Assembly: GCF_006345805.1 (NCBI RefSeq) | Contig: NC_043011.1 | Coordinates: forward strand, 4,898,001-4,962,000 | Source: Octopus sinensis | Lineage: Eukaryota | DNA: 64,000 bases | Reading direction: 5' to 3' | Shown here: in pieces, positions 26,952 through 40,029 of the stretch | How the letters are laid out: each line of letters starts with the position of its first letter | How positions within the stretch are numbered: the stretch's first letter is position 1 | The notes under the pieces: generated by a model | What the model was told of the DNA's origin: nothing | The model's database searches: none | Seen by the model: only the letters and a program-made list of their open reading frames with translations | Program-made: the position numbers and the translations under genes

Positions 26952-27979
26952 TGTATTGAAACAATTTTGGGGGAAACATTGTAATGTGTTTATCGAATAC
27001 AACATGTTGTTCATTGCATTTGCATTAAATGCACATTGAATGCTTAAAACTACTTGTTTACTCGTTTCTTTTTGTCATTGAGGTGGTTGTGAAGTGTGCT
27101 AAAAATAACAGCTAAATAACACTTTTTTTGGATAAATCTTTTAAGTTTCTATTATCGCATTGAATGTATATTGAATGGTTCAAACCACAAAGCACATGTT
27201 GTTTACAGATATTGACAACACGTGCTATTTCCAGGTGCAGACACGCACAGTATGACAGCTTCCAAATCCTGTTTCTAATTTTTGAAATGCTGGCAGCCAA
27301 ACCAACCAAATCCCAAATTAGCAATGATTATTCGGCGCTTTCATACTATTTATTTGTTTTCATGACAAAAACGAGCTACACAGCGCCTGACTGTTTAGGC
27401 TTTATTATAACCTCTTCAGCGAGGCATAGCTTTCGCCGTGCAAGCTGAAGGAGTAATGAATGAATCACTGGGTACATTAGGATAAAGGATTGTACATTAA
27501 TTGGCTATAGAAAATAGGATTGCTTAGCGATTGCTTAATTGCTAGTGAAGTAATCGTTTATAACTAATTCGCTCCCGCTTGGCAGTTTAGAGTGACATCA
27601 CTAATGATAAAAACACTTAAATCCTTCTCACGATAATAAAGATATTAAAAGACTTTGAAGACATGCTGTTTCATATATTTTTAATGAATGCCATGGGAAA
27701 TACCCCCAGTACCCCCCTCTCTCTCTTTCTTTCTCTCTTTCCATCCCTGCCCATCCTTATATATTTATCTACCTACCTATCTCTCCCTGCACTAGGCCAC
27801 TCAAAGAGAAGAGGCTGTGTCATGTTTAATGATGGATGAGAGAGGAACACTGAAGTTGATAGTCAGCGACTACAGTTAGTTGCTGTTATATATCAACTTG
27901 CTTAGCAGCCAGAGCAGATAAGCTGACTGGTGGAAGTTTAAAAACTTTATTATCACCATCATCCCATTCCATTCCTCTG

Positions 27980-28460
27980 ATGACGAACGTCTACGAAACC
28001 ACGACGACGACGACGGCGACCACGACGACGGCGACTACGACGACCACGGTGACCACGACGACCACGACCACGGCGACCAGGACGATGGCGACTACGACGA
28101 CCACGGCGACCACGACGACCACGACGACGGCGACCACGACGATGGCGACTACGATGACGGCGACGACGGCGACTACGACGACCACGACAGTCACAACGGT
28201 CACAACAACCATAGCGTGACGACGATGATGATTGTGGTGGCGGCGGATGATGACGACGACGACCGGGATGATGATAAGGAAGGGGATGCTGACAACGAAG
28301 CTGTGATGTTCATGAAGACGACGACGACTACAACGATTAAGATGATGATAATAACAATAACGATGATGATGACAACAACGACCACCGCCACCGCCGCTAC
28401 CATCGCCACCACGACGATAAGAATACCGATGATGATGATTATGACGACGATAACGATGAT
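27980..28460. repeat. Degenerate (ACG/ACC/ATG)n trinucleotide tract
   Basis: Directly visible in the sequence. Confidence 0.9.
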
Positions 28461-28825
28461 ATATGTGTTGTGCGCGTGCATGTTCTTTCTTTTCGTTTCT
28501 TTTATCCTTTTACTTGTTTCAGTCATATTTGACTTTTGCCATGCTGGAGCACCACCTTTAGTAGAATCAAATCGACCCACAGGACTTACTCTTTCTAAGC
28601 CTAGTACTTAATTTATCGGTCTCTTTTTGCCGAACCGATACGTTACGGGACGTAAACACACCAGCATCGGTTGTCAAGCACACAGACACACAAACACACA
28701 CATCCATATATATATATATATATATATTTCCTGAGCGCCATACTAATACAATTGTTCGTTTGTTTTCCACCTGCCTTCGTCTTTTGTCTATTTTCATAAA
28801 GCTTCCCGTTATATATATATATATA

Positions 28826-29472
28826 CTAGCAGTATCGCCCGGCGTTGCTCGGGTTTGTAAGGGAAATAACTATATAAGCATTTTTAGAGAGTTATAGCAA
28901 AAAAATAGCAAAAAATGCATTAAAAATGGAAAAAATATGATGGTAAATTTTTTTTTAAATCGTTGACTCATCGTAGACATTTTTAGAGAGTTACTTCCCT
29001 TATATAATAGCGAAAAAATGCATTAAAATGGAAAAAAAACGATGGTAATTTTTTTTTAAATCGTAGACTCATGTAGACGCTTTCTTAGCCATTTCTGTTT
29101 TGGTGTCTTCAAGCCATGAAGTCGTTGTTCTAAAAGAACACTGGTCTCCTTGACAACGCATTACGACGTTGATTTCCTTACACTCCCTTCCCCACAGGTG
29201 CAGGTGTGAGCGTGGACGCCAACTCCGCCGCCATCGACACACGAAAAATTATGCATTAAAATGGAATAAAAAATGATGTTAAATTATTTTTAAAATCGTA
29301 GACTCATCGTAGACTCATCGTAGACGCGCGCTAATATTCAGACGGGCTCGATATGAATCACGACTATAAGCTACCCGAATTTGGTTAAACTGCACCGCAA
29401 AATGTGGGAGTAGTTAGGAATCTAAATCGAAGGGGACAGACACTCACACAACTACAGTTTTATATATATAGA
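28826..29472 (-). mobile_element. Non-autonomous Helitron
   Basis: Minus strand TCTATATATAT...CCCGAGCAACGCCGGGCGATACTGCTAG. Confidence 0.85.
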
Positions 29473-29589
29473 TATACATAGCGCAGTAGTGGTGAGATGT
29501 AACAGCAAAGAAAAGCATACATTCACTCTCTGCATGCAATTAGACTCGGAAAGTTCTTGAGGAACCCATTGACCCAATTTGCTGACTTT

Positions 29590-29830
29590 TCCGATAGCAC
29601 ACAGGTCTCAATGAATGGTTGAATGACCAAATCCAAGCTTCTCTGCTAGTTCCTCAACAGTTACGATGAGATTTTGTTCCACCAGGGTTTTCAGGATGTC
29701 CTTGTCGAGTTCTACAGATCTTTCAGGATGAGGCTCGTCTTCTAGGCTGTAGTTTATGGCTCGGGATTTCTGGAACCACCATTGACACTGCCTTACGCTT
29801 ATTGTCCAATCCCCATATACTGCATTAATA
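29590..29830 (-). pseudogene. Mariner transposase N-terminal fragment
   Basis: RNINAVYGDWTISVRQCQWWFQK...SLEDEPHPERSVELDKDILKTLVEQN...TVEELAEKLGFGHSTIH matches the mariner bipartite HTH region. Confidence 0.85.
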
Positions 29831-30100
29831 TTTCTTGTACTTTGCACACACTTATATTCTGTTATTCTTTTATATGTTTCAGCCTTGAGGTTGTGGCCAT
29901 GCTGGATCATGTGTGTGTGTGTGTGTGTGTGTCTATCTGTCTGTCTGTCTGTATGTATATATGTATATGTATGTGTGTGAACAATAATATTTTCAACAGA
30001 TGTGTTGCAAATGTATCTGATTGTTCTCAAGCTTCAATACTGTGTGTGTGTGTATGTGTGTGTGTGTATGTATGTATGTATATGTATGTATGTATGTATG

Positions 30101-30132
<32 letters not shown>

Positions 30133-30176
30133 TGTATGTGTGTATGTATGTGTGTGTATGTATGTGTGTGTGTGTA

Positions 30177-30209
<33 letters not shown>

Positions 30210-30439
30210 ATGTATGTATGTATGTATGTATGTATGTATGTATGAGTGTATGTTTACTTTATTACTAACACAAGCCACTACGGTTATTTAATGAAAGTCT
30301 TCCTCAAATCACTCTCTCTCTCGCTATTTTCACTCACTCTTAGCTCTTAGCTTCCCATACATTTTACTCATGTATCTATCAGCGTCATAGACAGAATACT
30401 TTCAGTTTAGTCTTCCTCAAATCACTCTGTCGCTATTTA

Positions 30440-30707
30440 CTTTCATTTCATTCGTTGCCCACTGTGTGTGTGCGTTTGCGCGTGGTGTAAACCAGACTAA
30501 GAAAAGCATTTGACACACACACCAGAATGTGAGTTTTCTGTAAATTTTGCTTAATTGGAGTTTAAATTTTAAAAACTGGACCTGGCATGACGCGATGCAT
30601 TGTACTCTCAAAAATGCTAGGTAAATTGTAATTGAAGAAATCCTATATTGTAGATTTGTATAACTCCCAAAGGGAGGCAGATAAAATCTGCCTTTTATAA
30701 TAAGAGA
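30440..30707 (-). mobile_element. Truncated Helitron 5' end, head-to-head with 30714-31852
   Basis: Reverse complement of ~30714-30975. Confidence 0.75.
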
Positions 30708-30713
30708 TATATA

Positions 30714-31852
30714 TCTCTTATTATAAAAGGCAGATTTTATCTGCCTCCCTTTGGGAGTTATAGAAATCTAAAATATAGCATTTCTTCAATTACAATTTAC
30801 CTAGCAATTTTAAGAGTAGAATGCATCGCGTCATGCCAGGTCCAGTTTTTAAAATTTAAACTCCAATTAAGCAAAATTTACAGAAAACTCACATTCTGGT
30901 GTGTATGTCAAATGTTTTTCTTAATGTGGTTTACACCACACGCAAACGCACACACACACAAAGGGAGCGAATTGTTTCACTGACGCTATCACCCTTCTCC
31001 TCCTTTGTCTTTGCAAGTTTGCAGCTATTAAAGTGAAAACAGTGAATCCGACAGCGATAAAGAAAACGAATTGGTACCTGAATGGAGTGAAAATTTAAAA
31101 ACTGTTTCTTTCGGTGAGTTTTCTGGAGAAACTGGACCAAGCCACAGACTTTCCCAGAAGAGTAAAGCCTTAGACTATTTCTATTTACTTTTTCGAATGA
31201 GCCTATTTGAAATCATTACGCTAAACGTAAACAAACCGAAAGAAAGGATAGTTTGTTATTTCCCACAACCTTAAATGAAATTAAGGCCTATTTTGCCATA
31301 AATATTATTATGGGTATCAGAAAGTTACCCAGAATAACAAATTCTATCGTAAAATTTTGTTGTATACCCAATTGAATATTAGCTAATAACCCATTTTCTA
31401 TAGCGATGTTTGAACAAAATTTTAATAATTTTACAGAAAGTTACCCAGAATAACAAATTCTATCGTAAAATTTTGTTGTATACCCAATTGAATATTAGCT
31501 AATAACCCTTTTTCTATAGCGATGTTTGAACAAAATTTTAATAATTTTACAGAAAGTTACCCAGAATAACAAACGAGCCCTTCTGGGTATTAGCGCGCGT
31601 CTACGATGAGTCTACGATTTTAAAAAAATTTACCATCATATTTTTCCATTTTGATGCATTTTTTTCGCTTTTATATAAGGGAAGTAACTCTCTAAAAATA
31701 TCTACGATGTATCAACGATTTAAAAAAAAATTTACCTTAATTTTTTTTCAATTTTTAATGCATTTTTTTGCTATTTTTTGGCTATAACTCTCTAAAAATG
31801 CTTATATAGTTATTTCCCTTACAACCCGAGCAACGCCGGGCGATACTGCTAG
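30714..31852 (+). mobile_element. Non-autonomous Helitron with internal ~116-bp tandem repeat
   Basis: 5' TCTCTTATT, 3' CCCGAGCAACGCCGGGCGATACTGCTAG; its 3' region is shared with 28826-29472; tandem units start at ~31318, 31434, 31550. Confidence 0.85.
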
Positions 31853-31884
<32 letters not shown>

Positions 31885-32271
31885 TACGACAGGCTTCTTT
31901 CAGTTTCTGTCTACCAAATCCACTCACAAGGCTTTGGTCGGCCCGAGACTATAGTAGGAAACACTTGCCCAAGGCGCCACGCAGTGGGACTGAACCCGGA
32001 ACCATGTGGTTGGTAAGCACTTCTGCGCCTATAATGTGTAATGACTCTTGCTTTTCTCATCATTTGTTTACTGGCTTCACTTGTTGAATCTGCAGACATC
32101 ATACACTGACATTCCTTTCAAAAGTATATATATATGGACGCCATCATTTATTTCGGCATTTATTTATTTTAGTTGGGCATTTTGTTTTATCGATATCTGT
32201 TTATCGAATGGCTAGTTAGCTGAATTGCGTTGTTTGATAAAAAAAACATGGATATATTTGTGTGTATATAT

Positions 32272-32312
<41 letters not shown>

Positions 32313-32511
32313 TATACATACATACATAGCGGCGTTCATACACATGTACATACAAACACAAAAGAAAGATGCACACACACACACACACACGCAAATATCA
32401 GGTATATGTGTCTACTTGTGCGTATATATCTATGTATGTGTTTGAGAGTGTATGTGAGAGAGGGAGAGGGGAGAGAGAGAGTGAACGAGTGAGAGAGAGA
32501 GAGGGAGATAG

Positions 32512-32566
<55 letters not shown>

Positions 32567-33354
32567 GAGCATATGTCGTTATATGTTTATTAGGCTACAA
32601 TATTATGGATTTACATTTAAGGCAAAATTGAAGAAAACATTTAGGCGGCGAGCAAACAGGATCGTTGGCACGGCGGATAAAATGCTTAGCGGCAATTCAT
32701 CCGTCTCTACGTCCTGAGTTCAAATTCCGCCGACGTCGACTTAACCTTTCATGTTTTTTTTTTTTTGGGGGGGGGGTCGATAAAATAAATACCTGTTGAA
32801 CACTGGGGTTGGTTTAATCGACTTACCGCCACCCACGAAATTGCTGGCTTTATAGATGTGCATTATGCGTAGAAAACATTGAGTCTCTGTAAACGAACAG
32901 ATCTTTCTTATTTAGAACCAAATATGCATATACATATTTTCAGACCAAATGTACAGATACACGAGAACCTGACTACAGTTTCATAGTTCATGTTCTATGA
33001 TTGTGTCCGTATTTTCTATTTGTCATTTATTTCCCAAGGAAAGTTTCACATCCAAGATTTGATCCCTCGGAGTAGGGCAAATCTAAAATGAGATCCGAAG
33101 TTCTTTTCCTTGCTGATGAAGATACGACGCTACATGAAACCCTACGCAAAGGGACAAAATATTGACAATCATTTTAGTATATTGAATATTTTGGCGCGTA
33201 GATCCTTAAAAGGCTCACGTTGTTTGTTATAAATCTGCATTGTGTAAAGAACTCTGTTACTATAAGGTCCATAGAAATATCGTGGAAGAGCGATTAAGAA
33301 ACCGTTGTCTCTTTCTCTCCTCTCTCTTCCCTCCAACTCTCTCTCTATATATGT

Positions 33355-33740
33355 ATCTTTTACCTTTTACCTGTTTCAGTCATTAAACTGCGGCCATGTT
33401 GGGGCAGCGCCTTGAGAAATTTTTGTCGATCCCAGAACTTATTTTCTTTTTAAACCTGGTAGTTATTCTATCGGATCCTTTTGCTGAACCGCTAGCTTAC
33501 GGGACATAAACATACCAACACTAATTGTCAAGCGGTGATGAAGTTAAACACAAACACAAAGGCACCGTGCGCGCGCGCGACAGGATCTTTTCAGTTTCCG
33601 TCTACAAATATCCACTCGCAAGGTTTTGGTCAGCCCGAGGCTATAGTGGAAGACACTTGCCCAAGGTGCGACGCAGTGGGTCTGAACCCGCAACATTTGG
33701 TTAGTAAGTAAACTTCTTACCACACAGACACGCCTGCGCC

Positions 33741-33742
<2 letters not shown>
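33355..33742 (-). mobile_element. SINE family A
   Basis: Collinear with the other copies. Confidence 0.85.
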
Positions 33743-33792
<50 letters not shown>

Positions 33793-33825
33793 TGTGTGTA
33801 TGTGTGTTTGTGTGTGTATGTGTGT

Positions 33826-34065
33826 GTGGAGGCGCGTGGCTTAGTGGTTAGAGTGTCAGCACCAGGAACGTAAGATTGTGGTTTCGATTCCTGGGCAGGG
33901 CGACGCGTCGCGTTCTTGAGCAAAACACTTCATTTCACGTTGCTCTAGTCCACTCAGGTGGCAAAAGTGAGTAACACTGCGATGGACTGGCGTCCCGTCC
34001 AGCTGGCGAACACATACGCCACAGAAACCGGATCTATGAGCCTGGCTAGGCCTTAAAATGGGCGC

Positions 34066-34070
<5 letters not shown>
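33826..34070 (+). mobile_element. SINE family C (tRNA head, CORE-like TTGAGCAAAACACT); relatives at 15975-16260 and 47016-47230
   Basis: A box TGGCTTAGTGG, B box GTTTCGATTCC. Confidence 0.8.
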
Positions 34071-34137
<67 letters not shown>

Positions 34138-34139
34138 GA

Positions 34140-34314
34140 CAGATCATTAGCCAATACACACATTTTTTTCTCTCCTTGTTTTTTCTGTGTCCCTTTCTGT
34201 TGAAGAGCGTAGGCTCGAAACGTAAAAGACTTTTTCTATTCCTGAGCGTTATACAAATACATCTGGTTTTATACACCACCTGTCTTCGTCTTTGTTTTTT
34301 TCGTAAGCTCTCCC

Positions 34315-34315
<1 letters not shown>
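34140..34315 (+). mobile_element. Copy of the 6700-6878 family between (TA)n tracts
   Basis: CTGTTGA-A-GAGC(GTAG)GCTC-GAAACGT...GCGTT; a further 3' piece is at 28727-28810. Confidence 0.55.
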
Positions 34316-34376
<61 letters not shown>

Positions 34377-34392
34377 CATATGTGTAAGCCTT

Positions 34393-34423
<31 letters not shown>

Positions 34424-34424
34424 T

Positions 34425-34464
<40 letters not shown>

Positions 34465-34524
34465 AAGGCTTACACATATGTATAAATACAGCGAGAGAGA
34501 GAGAGAGAGAGAGAGGAGAGGGAG

Positions 34525-34565
<41 letters not shown>

Positions 34566-34729
34566 GAGAGAGAGAGAGAAGGAGGAGAGACAGACGTTTT
34601 CATGGTTGGATTTGTAAACTACGATAAGAATAGGAATACCAGTCTTTTATCTATGTTTTTGAATGCAGAATTCAAGAATAATGTCAAATTATCTGTACTA
34701 AGTTCACATATTCCAGTCACCTTCATAAT

Positions 34730-35100
34730 GCCAAGAAACTGTATAAACATCGCAAACAGCATTTGCTGTGTATGAAAAACATGTAAAATATTAAGACAAT
34801 TGGCAAAGAATATCTATAATAAAATTCTAATTGATAGACATACATTTTTATTGAAACAAAACATGGCGGGTGAAGTAAATCTCGTAGTGTGCAGGTAAAA
34901 CAACACAATGTGCGGTTGTCATGGTAACAAGCTGTTAATACCTCGCTGTCTGTTGATTGGCTAAAATTACTCAAATTTCCCAAGTTTAATTCCACATCAC
35001 ATCAGATTCTTTAATTTGCGAGATAAAGTAACTGGTTAATCGTAATCAAAATTTTGAGTTGCATCGATTCACCAAAACTGAAAGCAATCTGAGCAAAATG
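34730..35100 (-). repeat. Unclassified interspersed repeat, uninterrupted paralog of 3093-3840
   Basis: Collinear reverse-complement similarity, including GTTACCATGACAA and AGCCAATCAACAGACAGC. Confidence 0.75.
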
Positions 35101-35179
35101 AGAAAGACCAGATCCCATTGTAACTAAGATGGGGAGTTAAAACCAGAACCTTGAACGAAATGTTTGTTAATATATATTG

Positions 35180-35397
35180 CAGTGCTTTTCAACCCTTTTG
35201 CAGGAGCGGAACCCCAAGGAGACATTCCACTGGCTCGGGAACCCCTGTGCAATAATTCAATAGTCTTGTACACACATATCTGCACAGGGGAATTAAAAAT
35301 TACTGCCGATTTTAGCAGTTTTGTTACTTTTTGCGGAACCCCTGGACTGTACTGGCGGAACGCTAAGGTTACGCGGAACCCTGGTTGAAAACCAATG
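35180..35397. mobile_element. hAT-type MITE
   Basis: TIRs CAGTGCTTTTCAACC / GGTTGAAAACCAATG and a perfect 8-bp TSD ATATATTG (35172-35179, 35398-35405). Confidence 0.9.
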
Positions 35398-35669
35398 ATA
35401 TATTGGGTTATTCTTCCGGCTTAAAGATATTCCGGAATTCAGGGTATCATTAAAACCTTATCTTTTGGTGATAAACTCAAAGCAGGATGGCTTGGAATGT
35501 TGTCTCACTTTCGAGATTTATCAGCGTGATGCTATTTGTTAACCTTTATAATTTGTATTTACTAACGATCTGACGGTTTTCCTGGAATCAACGAGGAATA
35601 TATACGCACGTGCTCTCAGAAAACATATATATGCACATTCTTATATACATATGTGTGCACTCACATATA

Positions 35670-35902
35670 TATTTCTTTACTGCCCTCAAGGGGCTAAACA
35701 TAGAGGGGACAAACAAGGACAGACGAAGGGATTAAGTCGATTACATCGACCCCAGTGCTTGACTGGTACTTTATTTATCGACCCCGAAAGGATGAAAGGC
35801 AAAGTCGACCTCATTGGAATTTGAACTCAGAACGTAACGGCAGACGAAATACGGCTACGCATTTCGCCCGGCATGCTAACGTTTCTGCCAGCTCGCCGCC
35901 TA
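35670..35902 (-). mobile_element. SINE family B
   Basis: Near-identical to 54924-55157. Confidence 0.85.
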
Positions 35903-36054
35903 TACGTGCACTCACATATAGACACACACATACACTTACTTACACACAATGCGTATACACATGGATGTACACAAACATGCATACATTTGCATAATGAAAA
36001 CTTTTTAATGATCTAAGGGAAATAAACTATATAAGTGTATATGTATGTATGTGG

Positions 36055-36633
36055 ATAGAAATCGACCGCCAGGACTTATTCTTTATAAGTCTAGTATTTG
36101 TTCTATCGGTCTATTTTGCCAAACCTCTCGCTTACAAGGGGCCATAAATACACCAACATCGGTTGTCAAAACACGCCCACATAAATATATACATCCATCC
36201 ATACATATTCTTTTACTTGTTTCAATCACGACAGCGACCATGCTGGAGCATCGCCTTTAGTCGAACAAATCGATCCCAGGAATTACTCTTTGTAAGCCTA
36301 GTACATATTCCATCGGTTGCTTTTGCTGAACCGCCAGGTTACGGGGATGTAAACAAGCCAATATCGGTTGTCATGTGATGCTGGGGAAAAACAGACACAC
36401 AAATACACACACACGCACACACACACACACACACACAGAGACACACATAAGACGGGTTTCTTACAGTCTCCATCTACCAAATCTACTCACTCTATAGTAG
36501 AAGACATTCGCCTAAGGTGCCACGCAGTGGGACTGAACCCAGAACCATGTGGTTGATAAGCAAGCTACTTACCACACACCCACTCCCGCGTATAGTATGT
36601 GTGTATATATAACATATATATATATATATATAA

Positions 36634-36710
<77 letters not shown>

Positions 36711-36880
36711 TGTATATATATATATGACGAGCTTCTTTCAGTTTCCGTCTACCAGACGCCATTACAAAGCTTTGGTTTGTTGACCCGAGGCTATAGTACA
36801 AGACACCTGCCCAAGGTGCTACGCAGTGGGACTGAACCCAAAACCATGTTCTTGGGGAGCAAATTTCTTACCACATAGAC
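36055..36880 (-). mobile_element. Nested/clustered SINE family A copies
   Basis: Body fragment, near-complete copy (36208-36590), then a head fragment. Confidence 0.8.
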
Positions 36881-36930
36881 TACAAGTTTCCTACAAACAC
36901 ACGCGCACGCACACACACACACACACAACG

Positions 36931-37018
36931 TTGTATGTATGTGTGTATGTGTATGTGAGTATGTGTGTGTGTGTGTGAGTATCTGCATGTCTCTACGCAC
37001 ATGTCTATGTCTATATAC

Positions 37019-37049
<31 letters not shown>

Positions 37050-38989
37050 TGTATATATGTATGTATGAATGCATGCATATATGTATGTATGCATGCATGC
37101 ATGTATGTATGTATGTATGTACGTATGTATGCATGCATGTATGTATGTATGTATGTATATACGTATGTATGTATGCATGCATGTATGCATGCATGTATGT
37201 ATGCATGCATGTAGGTATGTATGCATACATGTGTGTATGTACGTATGCATGTATGTATGTATGTATGCATGTATGTGTGTATGTATCTATGTATGTACGT
37301 ACGTATGTATGTATGCATGTATGCATGCATGCATGTATGTATGTATGTATGCATACATGTGTGTATGTACGTATGTATGTATACATGTGTGTATGCATGT
37401 ATGTATGTATGCATGTATGCATGCATGCATGTATGTATGTATGCACGTATGTATGTATACATGTGTGTATGTATGTATGTATGTATGTATGCATGCATGC
37501 ATGTATGTATGTATGCATACATGTGTGTTTGTACGTATGTTTGCATGCATGTATGTATGTATATATGTATGTATGTATGTATGAATGTATGTATGTATGT
37601 GTGTGTGTGTGTATGTATGTATGCATGCATGCATGTATGTATGTATGTATGTATGTATGCATGTATGTATGTATGTATGTATGTATGTATGTATGTATGT
37701 ATGTATGTATGTATGCATGTATGTATGTATGTATGTATGTATGCATGTATGTATGTATGTATGTATGCATGTATGTATGTATGTATGCATGCATGTATGT
37801 ATTTATGTATGTATGTATGTATGCATGCATGTATGTATGTATGTATGTATGTATGCATGCATGCATGTATGTATGTATGTATGTATGTATGTTGTATGTA
37901 TGTATGCATGCATGCATGCATGTATGTATGTATGCATACATGTGTGTTTGTACGTATGTATGCATGCATGTATGTATGTATATATGTATGTATGTATGTA
38001 TGAATGTATGTATGTATGTGTGTGTGTGTATGCATGCATGCATGTATGTATGTATGTATGTATGTATGCATGTATGTATGTATGTATGTATGCATGTATG
38101 TATGTATGTATGTATGTATGTATGTATGCATGTATGTATGTATGTATGTATGTATGTATGTATGCATGTATGCATGCATGTATGTATGTATGTATGTATG
38201 TATGTATGTATGTATGCATGCATGCATGTATGTATGTATGTATGTATGTATGTATGCATGCATGTATGTATGTATGTATGTATGTATGTATGCATGCATG
38301 CATGTATGTATGTATGTATGTATGTATGCATGTATGTATGTATGTATGTATGTATGCATGTATGTATGTATGTATGTATGTATGCATGCATGTATGTATG
38401 TATGCATACATGTGTGTATGTACGTATGTATGTATACATGTGTGTATGTATGTATGTATGTATGTATGCATGCATGTATGTATGTATATATGTATGTGTA
38501 TGTATGTATGCATGTATGCATGCATGCATGTATGTATGCATACATGTGTGTTTGTACGTATGTATGTATGTATGTATGTATGCATGTATGTATGTATGCA
38601 TGCATGCGTGTATGTATGCATGTATGTATGTATGTATGTATGCATGCATGTATATATGTATGTATGTATGTATGCATGTATGTATGTATGTATGTATGTA
38701 TGCATGTATGTATGTATGTACGTATGCATGTATGTATGTATGTATGTATGTATTATGTATGTATGTATGTATGTATGCATGTATGTATGTATGTATGCAT
38801 GTATGCATGTATGTATGTATGTATGTATGTATGCATGTATGTATGTATGCATGCATGTATGTATGTATGTATGTATGTATTATGTATGTATGTATGCATG
38901 TATGTATGCATGTATGTATGTATGTATGTATGCATGTATGTATGTATGTATGCTTGTATGTATGTATGTATGTATGTATGTATGTATGT
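36931..38989. repeat. ~2-kb compound (TATG/CATG)n satellite
   Basis: Tetranucleotide array with recurring variant cassettes. Confidence 0.95.
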
Positions 38990-39320
38990 AGCCTGCTATT
39001 GCTCGTGTAGTTCCTGTAGCAATCATCGAAAAATTGGTGAATTTGGCTCAGAAAACAATGGCTGCGCAGAGGATTGACCCGTTTTCAACGAACGACATGT
39101 ACAACTGGTTCACTGAACGGAGAACCATGAGAGTGTTGTGATGGTGTACCAGATTACTGACTGGGAATTTTGGGGTGCCTGTCTTCGTTCTTCAGAAAGT
39201 GGGATTGGTTGTGGTGCTATCCCTCTGCTCACTTTAAAAAGTATCATGTATGTATAGGTATCGCTTGGTGTATCGGCTTCGTGATCGTATACTCAAGAAC
39301 GAGGAAGCAACCGTCATGCA

Positions 39321-39371
<51 letters not shown>

Positions 39372-39723
39372 TGTGTGTGCGCACGTGCGCGTATACATGC
39401 ATACATACCTACACACATTCATATATATATACATACATCAATGCACACATGCATACACACAACGGACCAAAGTCAATTCCCACCCACTGCTCTCTGCACA
39501 TACTGCTTGAAAGTTTTAGACTCTCAAATATCTGAATGCCTTACTCAGAAGTTTAGTTTTACTTAATCCTACCCCAACGGTATTACACTAAGTTTAAAAA
39601 ATTCCATAATACTTCAAAGAAGCAAGAGAAATGCTCTCTTTCGCACTCTCAATCTTTTTATTTTATTTTTCTCCCTCCTTCTCAATTTCCTTTCCATGTT
39701 GGCTGAACAAACTAAAGTGTATT

Positions 39724-39756
<33 letters not shown>

Positions 39757-39807
39757 TATATTATATAATATGAATATATATATATATCTAGACAAACACA
39801 CACACAC

Positions 39808-39848
<41 letters not shown>

Positions 39849-39938
39849 ATATATATATATATAATATATATATTATATATATATATATATTATATAGTAT
39901 ATATATATATAATATGTATATATATAATATTATATTAT

Positions 39939-39969
<31 letters not shown>

Positions 39970-40029
39970 TAAATAATATATATATTATATTATTATATAT
40001 ATGTATGTATGTATGTATATATATGTACA

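Noticed and set aside
27980-28611. Thr-rich mucin-like ORFs
   Set aside because: Degenerate trinucleotide tract running into a SINE; no splice or domain support
31318-31575. Regularly spaced repeats as a possible CRISPR array
   Set aside because: Contiguous 116-bp tandem units with no unique spacers, inside a eukaryotic Helitron
36791-39077. Long 350-680 aa ORFs on both strands
   Set aside because: Translations of the stop-free TATG/CATG satellite
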